Positions 1 to 10,399 of a DNA stretch of 64,000 nucleotides are shown piece after piece. This stretch comes from Candidatus Latescibacterota bacterium (GTDB lineage: Bacteria; Latescibacterota; UBA2968; GCA-2709665). Position numbers and translations under genes: made by a program. Below the pieces are notes generated by a model. It saw nothing but the letters and a program-made list of their open reading frames with translations. It was not told where the DNA came from and searched no databases. Where the stretch lies: assembly GCA_965222075.1 (NCBI GenBank), contig OZ244937.1:736001-800000 (forward strand), given 5' to 3'. Within the stretch, counting starts at the first letter, position 1. Every line of letters starts with the position of its first letter.

Positions 1-463
1 CTTTATCGTGTTCCCCGGAGATTACGAAGAGCCGGAACTGCGGGGCCAGCTGGGGTTTGGGGGGCTGTGGTCGCACATGCCGGTATACGGAAGCATCACC
101 ATGGTGGCCTATTTTGCAGCGCTGGGGTTGCCGGGGCTTTCCGGGTTTATCAGCGAGGCGCTCTGCTTCTTAGGGGCGTTTCCGGTCCACAGGACGCTGA
201 CGATTCTGGGCACGCTGGGGGTGCTGCTGGGCGCCGGGTATATGCTGTGGGCCTTTCAGCGGCTGTTTATGGGGCCGTTTAACGAGCGCTACAAGGACCT
301 GCCCGAGATCAACAGCCGGGAGGTCTTTACACTGGCGCCGCTGGCGGCCATCGTGGTGCTGCTGGGGATCTATCCCGCGCCGGTGTTGAATTTGATCAGC
401 GTCTCTTTGGGGCAGCTGTCCCAGGTGCTGGGATCGGCGACGATGTCTGTGTCGGGGTTTTAA
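1..463 (+). CDS. nuoM: NADH-quinone oxidoreductase subunit M, C-terminal part (gene starts before the window)
   Basis: Motifs LGLPGLSGFISE, YMLWAFQR and LLGIYP; lies directly upstream of nuoN. Confidence 0.9.
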   Translation, partial: FIVFPGDYEEPELRGQLGFGGLWSHMPVYGSITMVAYFAALGLPGLSGFISEALCFLGAFPVHRTLTILGTLGVLLGAGYMLWAFQRLFMGPFNERYKDLPEINSREVFTLAPLAAIVVLLGIYPAPVLNLISVSLGQLSQVLGSATMSVSGF

Positions 464-507
464 TCGTAAAGCGCATGAGAAGGCAGAGGGCATAGGTAAA
501 AAGGAGG

Positions 508-2040
508 GTGGTTTTGCTGCCGGAGGCTATAGCACGCGCAGTGGCGGTGAACCTGGAGAGCCTGAGCTATTTCTGGCCCGAGGTGATCCTGACGCTTGCG
601 ATCCTGGTCATTGTAGTGGTGGACCTGATCGTGTCCGGGAAGAAGGTGGGGTTGCTGACCGGGCTGACGCTGGCGGCCCTGGGGGTTTGCCTTTTTGCGA
701 TTGTGGGGCTTTACGATGAGGAGCCGCGGGCGCTGTTTATGGGGATGATGGCCTTAGACGGTTTCTCCCTCTTTTTCAAGGCGCTGTTTGTGGTTACCAC
801 CATCGTGGTCACCCTGTTCGGCCTGCAATCTCCGGATATCGACCAGGACCGGATCGGGGAGTTCTACGCGATCTTCCTTTCGGTGGTCCTGGGCGGGTTT
901 CTGATGGCGTCTGCCACGAACCTGCTGATGATGTACCTTTCGCTGGAACTGGTCAGTGTGCCTTCGTTTATTCTGGCCGGATACCAGAAGAAGGTCCGGC
1001 GGTCCAACGAGGCGGCCCTGAAGTACGTGGTCTACGGAGGGGTCTCGTCGGGGATTATGCTCTACGGGTTCTCCCTGATTTACGGGCTGACCGGAACGCT
1101 GGATATCCACCAGATCGCCGCGCAGCTGGGCAGGACGACACCGTATAGTCTGACGCTCTTTTTGGGGGCGACGTTTGCGATGGCGGGCTTTGGCTACAAG
1201 GTGGCGTCGGTGCCGTTCCACTTCTGGTGCCCCGATGTGTACGAGGGCGCGCCCACGCCGGTGACGGCCTTTCTGTCCGTAGCGCCAAAGGCGGCCGGAT
1301 TTGCCATGCTGTCCCGGTTTTTTTACATGGGGCTGTCGGCCTACAACGGAACGTCGGGGCAGGCGCTGGACGTGGACTGGCAGTACCTGCTGGCCCTGAT
1401 TTCGGCCTGTACGATGACCCTGGGCAACCTGACGGCGATCTGGCAGAACAACCTGAAGCGGCTCCTGGCCTATTCGAGCATCGCCCATGCGGGATATATT
1501 ATGATGGGTGTGGTGATGCTGTCCGCGTCGGGATTGATGGCGGTGATGTTCTACACCGCGGCCTATCTGTTTATGAACCTGGGGGCGTTCCTGGTGGTCC
1601 TGGTGCTTGCGGTGCGGATCGGGAGCGAGGATATCAGGGATTACAAAGGCCTGGGCTGGCGGTCTCCCTGGATTGCGCTGGCGATGACGGCGTTTCTCCT
1701 GTCGCTGACCGGAATTCCGCCTACGGCGGGTTTCGTAGGGAAGGTCTACCTGTTTTCTGCGGTGATCGAGGGGGGGCTCTACTGGCTGGCGGTGGTGGGC
1801 GCGTTGAACAGCGCGGTGTCACTCTACTATTATGCCAGGATTTTCCGGACGATGTACCTGGAGGCCCCGGCCGTTGAGGAACGCGTGACGATTCCCACGT
1901 TCGCCACGGTGACGCTGGCCGTGCTTTTTGCAGGTACGATACTGCTGGGGGTCTACTGGGCGCCGCTGGCGGACCTGGCCGACCGGTCGACTGCGCTGTT
2001 TATGGGGAGTATCGAAGGTGCGCAGGCGGTGGTGAAATAG
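508..2040 (+). CDS. nuoN: NADH-quinone oxidoreductase subunit N
   Basis: Hydrophobic 510 aa; motifs SNEAALKY, VPFHFWCPDVYEGAPTP, KRLLAYSSIAHAGY, SLTGIPPTAGF. Confidence 0.95.
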   Translation: MVLLPEAIARAVAVNLESLSYFWPEVILTLAILVIVVVDLIVSGKKVGLLTGLTLAALGVCLFAIVGLYDEEPRALFMGMMALDGFSLFFKALFVVTTIVVTLFGLQSPDIDQDRIGEFYAIFLSVVLGGFLMASATNLLMMYLSLELVSVPSFILAGYQKKVRRSNEAALKYVVYGGVSSGIMLYGFSLIYGLTGTLDIHQIAAQLGRTTPYSLTLFLGATFAMAGFGYKVASVPFHFWCPDVYEGAPTPVTAFLSVAPKAAGFAMLSRFFYMGLSAYNGTSGQALDVDWQYLLALISACTMTLGNLTAIWQNNLKRLLAYSSIAHAGYIMMGVVMLSASGLMAVMFYTAAYLFMNLGAFLVVLVLAVRIGSEDIRDYKGLGWRSPWIALAMTAFLLSLTGIPPTAGFVGKVYLFSAVIEGGLYWLAVVGALNSAVSLYYYARIFRTMYLEAPAVEERVTIPTFATVTLAVLFAGTILLGVYWAPLADLADRSTALFMGSIEGAQAVVK

Positions 2041-2064
2041 GCAAAGGGCGATATGCACAAATCT

Positions 2065-2098
2065 AAAGGCGCTGCGGGTGACCGCAGCGCCTTTTTTT
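2065..2098. terminator. Intrinsic terminator, probably bidirectional
   Basis: AAAGGCGCTGCGG-GTGA-CCGCAGCGCCTTT followed by a T-tract, between convergent genes. Confidence 0.85.
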
Positions 2099-2115
2099 AG
2101 AGGACGAGAACGGTG

Positions 2116-2544
2116 TCATCTTCCCCAGGCTTTGCCGCTTGGGCTTTGCCTCTTTTTCTTTTTCGGAAGGTCTTTTTTTTCTACGACAAATCCGACGAGG
2201 CGCTTTTGTCCCAGCTTTTTGAGGTAGGCCAGGAGGGAGATTTCGGCCTCTTTCGCGTTGAGTTTGTGGGTTTCGCTGAGGTTTCGGATCATGGCCTCTA
2301 CCGTGGTGCGACCGTCGCATATCTCCCAGACCTGGGTGCCGAGTTCGTCCAGGACGAGGGTGCGATTTTCGGGGATCCAGAAGATTTTGGAGAGGATCCG
2401 GACCTTCAGGCTGTCTCCCCGTTTGAGGGTGATGGCCACTTCGCCGTCTTCGTTTTTCTCCCATTCCAGCTGGTCGTTGCGGGCCGGCTTGGAATTGAGC
2501 ATGGCCTCCCGGCCGATGTTGGGTTGCTTTTTTTTGAACAACAA
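2116..2544 (-). CDS. PqqD-family (RRE-like) protein
   Basis: LDELGTQVWEICDGRTTVEAMI...LLAYLKKL is the typical PqqD winged-helix signature. Confidence 0.8.
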   Translation of the reverse strand: MLFKKKQPNIGREAMLNSKPARNDQLEWEKNEDGEVAITLKRGDSLKVRILSKIFWIPENRTLVLDELGTQVWEICDGRTTVEAMIRNLSETHKLNAKEAEISLLAYLKKLGQKRLVGFVVEKKDLPKKKKRQSPSGKAWGR

Positions 2545-2615
2545 GACAATACGCTCCCGATATAAGTTGCACCCATGATCTATCGTTCTGCCAGGCTTTC
2601 TGGCATCACCATATG

Positions 2616-2644
2616 AATTTACAGTTGTTGTGAATTTCTGTCAA
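2616..2644 (-). promoter_or_regulatory. Sigma70 promoter for the PqqD-family gene
   Basis: TTGACA-N17-TAAATT on the minus strand. Confidence 0.6.
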
Positions 2645-2671
2645 GCCAAAGGGGCCGTCAAAAAATAGTGG

Positions 2672-2700
2672 TTGACGGATGCACTTTTCCGGGTTATTTT
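2672..2700 (+). promoter_or_regulatory. Sigma70 promoter for the leader peptide and leuS-like gene
   Basis: TTGACG-N17-TATTTT. Confidence 0.55.
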
Positions 2701-2728
2701 CTTTGAACACCACTCTCTGGGGTATTCG

Positions 2729-2899
2729 ATGATGCAAATAGATCGTGCAGGCACAACCCTCCGGATGGATATACCAGCTGCGCCGGCAGCGCCGTGTGTT
2801 CGGTTCGGATGGACCCTCCTTCTTAGCGGTGGGCTCCTCGGTCTTTGCGCCGGGGGCTCTGCAGGGGGAGAGGCGTGCCTTAGACCGTTCGTATTTTAA
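2729..2899 (+). CDS. Putative leucine-rich leader peptide (alternative starts 2732 or 2765)
   Basis: ...VRFGWTLLLSGGLLGL...; Leu codons CTC CTT CTT..CTC CTC..CTT; sits between a promoter and a terminator upstream of the leuS-like gene. Confidence 0.6.
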   Translation: MMQIDRAGTTLRMDIPAAPAAPCVRFGWTLLLSGGLLGLCAGGSAGGEACLRPFVF

Positions 2900-2923
2900 C
2901 CGTTTTGGACACCTATTCTTTTT

Positions 2924-2961
2924 GCCCGCTGCCGAGCCCGATCGGTAGCGGGTTTTTATTT
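2924..2961 (+). terminator. Attenuator-type terminator upstream of the leuS-like start
   Basis: GCCCGCTGCCGA-loop-TCGGTAGCGGGT followed by TTTTATTT, about 20 nt before the ATG at 2981. Confidence 0.75.
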
Positions 2962-2980
2962 GTTTCCCGGGAGGTTTCTC

Positions 2981-4594
2981 ATGGTTGCCGAATACGATTT
3001 CCAGAAGATCGAACGGAAGTGGCAGGAGGTCTGGCGGCGAGAGGGGACGCAGCAGGATGGGAGCGGCGCAAAACCGCAGGGCGTACCCACAGGAGCCGAC
3101 GCGATCCACCCTCTGATCGGTGTGCGGGTGCCGGTCTGGATTGCCGACTATGTGCTGATGGACTACGGGACCGGGGCGGTGATGGGGGTGCCGGCGCACG
3201 ACGCCCGGGATTTTGCGTTTGCACAGGCCTACCGGCTGCCGGTGGTGCGGGTCATCGATGGGGGAGGGCGCCTCGAAGCGGGTCTGCCCTATGAAGGGGA
3301 GGGAACGCTGGTGGGGTCGGGGCGGTTTGACGGGATGGGGAACCGGGATGGGGCAGCGGGGATTGTCGAGGCGCTGGAAGCGCAGGGGGTTGGCGGTAAG
3401 GCGGTGAGCTACCGGCTGAGGGACTGGTGCATCTCCCGGCAGCGCTACTGGGGGACGCCGATTCCGATTGTGGACTGCGTCCGCTGCGGCGAGCTACCCG
3501 TGCCGGAGGCGGATCTGCCGGTCCGCCTGCCTCACCTGGTCGATTTTCGGCCCGACGGCCGATCGCCCCTGGCACGGGCGCCGGGGTTTGTGCAGACGGT
3601 GTGTCCGCAATGCGGTGGGACAGCCGGGCGGGAGTGCGATACCATGACGGGGTTCGTGTGTTCGTCCTGGTACTTCCTGAGGTTCGTCTCGCCTGAGGAA
3701 GGACAGCGGCCGTTCGATCCGGAGTTGGTGCGCCGGTGGCTGCCGGTGGCGCATTATATCGGCGGGAAGGAACACGCGGTGGGACACCTGCTCTACGCGC
3801 GTTTTATGACGCGGTTTCTGAAGGATATCGGGTGGGTGGACATCGAGGAGCCCTTTGTGCGCCTGTTCAACCAGGGAGTGGTCTACAAGGACGGGGCGAA
3901 GATGTCCAAGTCTAAGGGAAACGTGGTGGGGGTGGACGAGATGGTAGAGATCTATGGCGCGGATACGGCGCGGGTGTTTGTGCTGTTTGCCACGCCGCCG
4001 GACCGGGATATGGCGTGGAGCGATACGGGCGTGAAAGGGATCTTCCGGTTTTTGACGCGGGTGTGGCGGGCGGTACTGGGTGAAGAGGGAAGATCCGGTG
4101 TGGAGCGGGAAGAGGGGCTCGTGCGTGTGACCCACCGCACCATCCGGGCGGTGACGGAAGATTTGGAGCGGATGCACTTTAATACGGCGATCAGCCGGCT
4201 GATGGAACTGACAACGGCGATCCAGCAGGCGGTTCAGGCAGGAGGGAATTGGACCGGGGTCCGGGAGGCTCGCGAGGCCCTGGTGTCGATCCTGGCGCCG
4301 TTTGCACCTCATATTGCGGAGGAGCTGTGGCGCCTGTTGGGAAAGTCGGGAAGCGTACACCGGACGCCGTGGCCGTCCTACGATCCGGCGCTGGCTGCGG
4401 AAGAGGTGGTCACGGTGGTGGTGCAGGTCAATGGGAAGGTGCGGGACCGTTTCCAGGTGCCTGCCGGCACGCCGGAGGAGGCGCTGAGGCGGAGGGTCGA
4501 GGGCCGGAAACGGGTGCAGGTGCACCTAAGGGGACGAAAGGTGTTGCGGACGGTGGTGATACCGGATCGGCTGGTGAATTTCGTGGTAGCGTAG
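2981..4594 (+). CDS. leuS: Leucine-tRNA ligase-like protein, internally deleted (no HIGH motif), 537 aa
   Basis: YDFQKIERKWQ N-terminus, GTGAVMGVPAHD, RLRDWCISRQRYWG, KMSKS, APFAPHIAEELW, VQVNGKVR; SD GGAGG. Confidence 0.85.
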   Translation: MVAEYDFQKIERKWQEVWRREGTQQDGSGAKPQGVPTGADAIHPLIGVRVPVWIADYVLMDYGTGAVMGVPAHDARDFAFAQAYRLPVVRVIDGGGRLEAGLPYEGEGTLVGSGRFDGMGNRDGAAGIVEALEAQGVGGKAVSYRLRDWCISRQRYWGTPIPIVDCVRCGELPVPEADLPVRLPHLVDFRPDGRSPLARAPGFVQTVCPQCGGTAGRECDTMTGFVCSSWYFLRFVSPEEGQRPFDPELVRRWLPVAHYIGGKEHAVGHLLYARFMTRFLKDIGWVDIEEPFVRLFNQGVVYKDGAKMSKSKGNVVGVDEMVEIYGADTARVFVLFATPPDRDMAWSDTGVKGIFRFLTRVWRAVLGEEGRSGVEREEGLVRVTHRTIRAVTEDLERMHFNTAISRLMELTTAIQQAVQAGGNWTGVREAREALVSILAPFAPHIAEELWRLLGKSGSVHRTPWPSYDPALAAEEVVTVVVQVNGKVRDRFQVPAGTPEEALRRRVEGRKRVQVHLRGRKVLRTVVIPDRLVNFVVA

Positions 4595-4646
4595 ACATAA
4601 GAATCCCAAACGGATCGGCGTTGGTGCTGATCGTAACACCGGGGCA

Positions 4647-5606
4647 TCATACCTCTTGCGTTGTTTCTGCATGGCAGAGAACGTTCCGGCAGCACGCCTC
4701 GATGTCCGGGGCGTCGTCCGCTTTTTTCCAGTAGGACTGAACGACGTAGATCTTGTTGGATTCCGGGCAGGCCCAGACGCGGCCGTTCAGGTGGAGGCGG
4801 GGTCTCACGTGCCAGAAAGGGAGGGGGTGCAGAAGGGCGCGCCAGCGGCTTTTGGGCCTGCCCTGCACAAGGATGCCCGGATGGCCTGCTGTGGTGGCTT
4901 CTTCGGTCTCAAAGACCAGGTGACGGAGATCTTTCCGGAAAAAGTCCCGGTACCAGTCTGCGTGCGTGCGGTCCTTAAGGAGTGTTTTGGCCAGGCTGAG
5001 GCGGTCGACCTGCAGGGTGTTCCTGCCCTGCTCGAAGCGGAAGCAGAGATGGCCCGACTTGAGGTCGTAGGTCTCCAGGGCATAGCCGGGGAGAGAGGTG
5101 AACACCAGGTCGAAGAGCGCCCAGGTGTGAGGCCCGTCGGGAGGGCTGTCTTCAAGGGAGTTGAACAGGCGGGCCAGGAAGTCGGCCATGTCTTCGTCGG
5201 GACGGCCCATGATTCTGAGAAAGAGGAAGCGGTCGGAGGCCGAGCTGTAGCAGGTCAGGGTGTAGACCCGGGCGTCGGACTCCCAGATGAAATACTCCAT
5301 CGGGTGCATGTCGGGCAGGTTGAGCCCGGGACACTCGGCGTTGCGTTCAACGTGGAGGCCTGTCTTCTGTTTCTGGGCGGTTTTGGCCAGGCCTTCTACA
5401 AAGCGGTCTACAATCAGGGTTATCCGATTGTCTCCGTGGGCCTCCCGCCACTCTATTTCCATACGGATGGTCGTCGCGTCGTCGAGCCGGACGCTGCCGG
5501 ATTTACGGTCCCCGACGATCTTTCCAGGATTCCATTCGGCCGGGATGTCGAGGCGAATGCCGTGCCAGCCGAAGGGTACCCAGTGGGCATAGCGCAAGCG
5601 TTTCAC
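4647..5606 (-). CDS. Hypothetical protein, 319 aa
   Basis: Long ORF with globular composition; own TTGACA-N17-TACTTT promoter at 5660-5688. Confidence 0.7.
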   Translation of the reverse strand: MKRLRYAHWVPFGWHGIRLDIPAEWNPGKIVGDRKSGSVRLDDATTIRMEIEWREAHGDNRITLIVDRFVEGLAKTAQKQKTGLHVERNAECPGLNLPDMHPMEYFIWESDARVYTLTCYSSASDRFLFLRIMGRPDEDMADFLARLFNSLEDSPPDGPHTWALFDLVFTSLPGYALETYDLKSGHLCFRFEQGRNTLQVDRLSLAKTLLKDRTHADWYRDFFRKDLRHLVFETEEATTAGHPGILVQGRPKSRWRALLHPLPFWHVRPRLHLNGRVWACPESNKIYVVQSYWKKADDAPDIEACCRNVLCHAETTQEV

Positions 5607-5783
5607 GTGAGGCGGTCTCTAAGTAAAGGTTTTTAAGGAGGTTCTAACCAGCGATCCTAAAAGTATATACGCACGGGGGGGGTGTCAAGAGATTTCGGGG
5701 TTGGGGGTGGTTTTCGTGAGCAAGATGGTGCGTTTAAAAGAGAAATCCAGGGGGAGGTTATGTGCGGTCTACGAAATTAATGC

Positions 5784-5836
5784 TTGACGAATGAACTAAT
5801 GTGCAGTATATTGCATTATACTAATGTGCAGTATAT
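5784..5836 (+). promoter_or_regulatory. lexA promoter with two candidate LexA operators
   Basis: TTGACG-N17-TATATT; 17-bp direct repeat ACTAATGTGCAGTATAT at 5795 and 5820. Confidence 0.8.
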
Positions 5837-5883
5837 CCCGCTTTTCAGATCACGGTTCAACTGATCTCAAGGAGGTGTTGCCC

Positions 5884-6513
5884 ATGCGCAAGAAATTGAC
5901 CGACAGACAGCAGGAAATTTACGGGTTTATCGCCCAGACGATCCGCGATAAGAGGTTTCCGCCCACGATCCGGGAGATTATGGAGGCCTTTCAGATCGCC
6001 TCCACCAACGGGGTGAGGACCACGCTGGCTGCGCTGGAGAAGAAGGGGTTTATCAAACGGCGGCCGATGCTTTCCCGGGGCATCGAGTTGACCGATTATG
6101 TGGAACGCGATCTGCCTGCATCCCTTGAGATTCGGGAGATCCCGGTGATCGGGCGGGTGGCCGCAGGGGAGCCGATCCTGGCCGCGGAAAATGTGGAGGG
6201 GACGGTGGCCGTGGACCGCTCGTTTGTGCGTTCAGACGAGGTCTTTGCGCTGCGGGTGAGGGGAGAAAGCATGCGGAATGCCGGGATTATGGACGGCGAC
6301 TACGTGCTGGCCCGGCAGCAGCCGACGGCAACTGCCGGAGATATTGTGGTGGCGGTGATCGGGGAGGAGGCCACGGTTAAGCGCTACTACCCGGAAGGGC
6401 GGAAGGTGCGGCTGATGCCGGAGAACGAGATGTTTGAGCCGATCGTGGTGGACCCCCGGCAGGACGCGTTCCGGATCGCGGGCAAGATCGTGGGGTTGAT
6501 GCGGCGGTTCTGA
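5884..6513 (+). CDS. lexA: SOS repressor LexA
   Basis: HTH LTDRQ..PPTIREI, Ala-Gly cleavage site in VAAG, catalytic GESM and ATVK. Confidence 0.95.
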   Translation: MRKKLTDRQQEIYGFIAQTIRDKRFPPTIREIMEAFQIASTNGVRTTLAALEKKGFIKRRPMLSRGIELTDYVERDLPASLEIREIPVIGRVAAGEPILAAENVEGTVAVDRSFVRSDEVFALRVRGESMRNAGIMDGDYVLARQQPTATAGDIVVAVIGEEATVKRYYPEGRKVRLMPENEMFEPIVVDPRQDAFRIAGKIVGLMRRF

Positions 6514-6531
6514 TATTACGGAATCATATAG

Positions 6532-6570
6532 AAAAAAGCAGCCTCCCGTGTTGCAGCGGGGGGTTTTTTC
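6532..6570. terminator. Bidirectional terminator between lexA and dprA
   Basis: A-tract, CCTCCCG/CGGGGGG stem, T-tract. Confidence 0.65.
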
Positions 6571-6590
6571 TTGTTGCAGGGTAATCGTTG

Positions 6591-7691
6591 TCAAATTTTT
6601 CGAACGAATTGCTTGCCCGGGCGCTGCTCCACCCGGTTGGCAAGCTCTAAGGCGAGCAGGACCGGGAGGGCCTGCGCGGGGGAAAGGCCAGCCTGGGCGG
6701 CGATGGCGTCGATGTGCTGGGAGAGGTCTGGGGAGAGGCTGTTGAGGACGGCCTGCTCGTCCCTGGGGAGGTCGGGCGGAGCGCCTTTCGGGACCAGCCG
6801 GTCGGGCGCCTGCCGCAGGGCGGCGGGAAGCTCCTGGAGGATGTCGTTCACGGTTTGTACCAGCACGGCGCCCTGTTTGATCAGTCGGTTGGTGCCGGCG
6901 CTCTTCCCCGAATAGATGGGGCCGGGAACGGCGAAGACTTCCCGGTTCTGTTCTAAGGCATGCTGCGCGGTGATCAGAGCGCCGCTGCGCTCGCCGGCCT
7001 CAACGACGACCACACCCAGGCTCAGGCCGCTGATGATCCGGTTGCGCCTGGGAAAGTTGTGGGATTCGGGGGTTGTGCCCACGGGGAATTCAGAGATGGC
7101 CGCCCCGGTTTCGCAGATCCGGCCGAAGAGGTCGATGTTTTCCGGCGGATAGGGACGGTCCAGGCCGCACCCCAGGACGGCGGCGGTGCGCCCGTTTCGC
7201 CCAAGGGCGCCCTGGTGGGCGTGGGTGTCGATGCCTATGGCCATCCCGCTGACAACGGTGATGCCCCGCAGGGCGAGTTCGTCGGCCAACCGGCAGGCGG
7301 TGTCCCGCCCGTAGGGCGTGAACGAGCGGGAACCGACCAGGGCAACGGTGGGATCGGCGCAAATGTCGATCGTTCCGCGCACGAAGAGGATGGGGGGTGG
7401 GGCGTAGATCTGCCGGAGGAGGGGCGGATAAGCGGCATCGGCCAGGGTGAGGATCCGGACATCGGCGCCCCTGGCCCTGGCCATCTGCTTTTCAGCCCAG
7501 CCCTCGTCCCGGTCTTCCTGAATGGCACGGGCCGTTTCCGCACCGATGTTGGGGACTTTGCAGAGCTGGGCAGGGGGGGTGCGCAAGACCTCGCCGGGGC
7601 TTTGGAAATGTTGAACGAGCCCGGAGAAGGCGGCCGGGCCCAGGCCGGGCACCGAGAGGAGGGTCAACCAGTCGTGCGGGTCTTGTGACAT
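6591..7691 (-). CDS. dprA: DNA-processing protein DprA
   Basis: VALVGSR, VSGMAIGIDT, FPRRNRIISGLS, SGALITA, GTNRLIKQGA; C-terminal winged helix. Confidence 0.95.
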   Translation of the reverse strand: MSQDPHDWLTLLSVPGLGPAAFSGLVQHFQSPGEVLRTPPAQLCKVPNIGAETARAIQEDRDEGWAEKQMARARGADVRILTLADAAYPPLLRQIYAPPPILFVRGTIDICADPTVALVGSRSFTPYGRDTACRLADELALRGITVVSGMAIGIDTHAHQGALGRNGRTAAVLGCGLDRPYPPENIDLFGRICETGAAISEFPVGTTPESHNFPRRNRIISGLSLGVVVVEAGERSGALITAQHALEQNREVFAVPGPIYSGKSAGTNRLIKQGAVLVQTVNDILQELPAALRQAPDRLVPKGAPPDLPRDEQAVLNSLSPDLSQHIDAIAAQAGLSPAQALPVLLALELANRVEQRPGKQFVRKI

Positions 7692-7843
7692 AGAGGTATT
7701 CTAACGCAAACAGGATGCCAGGGCAAAAAACCCTGAATTTACAGGGAGAAGGCGTTTGGGGGGGTGAACGGGGTTTTCAATTTGGGCAGTGGGAAATGAA
7801 CGCAGCGTTCAGGTCGCAAAGGGCAGCGGATCGATCCGGAGGC

Positions 7844-9792
<1,949 letters not shown>

Positions 9793-9849
9793 TTCTGCCT
9801 CCGATCTGAGAGCCCACAGGAAAATCCCATCCGGATGAGCCCTTTTTAT

Positions 9850-10341
9850 CTATTCAGATGTTTTTAAAAGAAACTTGGACTGCAGTTTTTCTGCAACCAG
9901 AGGAGGCACAAAGGGCGTCAGGTCTCCTCCAAACTGGGCGATTTCCCGGACAATTGTCGAACTGAGATAGGTATACTTTTCACTGGGCATCAGGTAAACG
10001 GTTTCGACCCTGGGGTCTTGCTGACGATTGGCTACCGCGGTGGCCAGTTCCAGTTCGTATTCGGTTGCGGAGCGGAGACTCCGAATAATGGTGTAGATCC
10101 CACGCTGCTGCGCATAGTGTACCGTAAGACCCGTAGACTGGGTTATTTCCACTTCCGGGTAGGAACGGGTCAGTTCCCGGATCATTTCAACCCGTTCACC
10201 GGCCGAGAACAGGGGGCGTTTCTGCGGATTGATGCCTATGGTGACCACGAGGTGATTAAAGATCCTGACCGCGCGTTCGATCAGGTCGAGGTGTCCATAG
10301 GTGATGGGGTCGAAGGTGCCCGGATAGATCACTTGGCTCAT
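9850..10341 (-). CDS. coaD: Phosphopantetheine adenylyltransferase
   Basis: YPGTFDPITYGHLD, LSSTIVRE. Confidence 0.95.
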   Translation of the reverse strand: MSQVIYPGTFDPITYGHLDLIERAVRIFNHLVVTIGINPQKRPLFSAGERVEMIRELTRSYPEVEITQSTGLTVHYAQQRGIYTIIRSLRSATEYELELATAVANRQQDPRVETVYLMPSEKYTYLSSTIVREIAQFGGDLTPFVPPLVAEKLQSKFLLKTSE

Positions 10342-10399
10342 TGGTGAATCCTTTGTTTAAGCGGGCCCGCCTCCGGCTCACCGGGATCGTCTCCCCACC

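Noticed and set aside
2745-2960. T-box riboswitch upstream of leuS
   Set aside because: No AAGGTGGNACC T-box or stem I motifs; a leader peptide explains the region better
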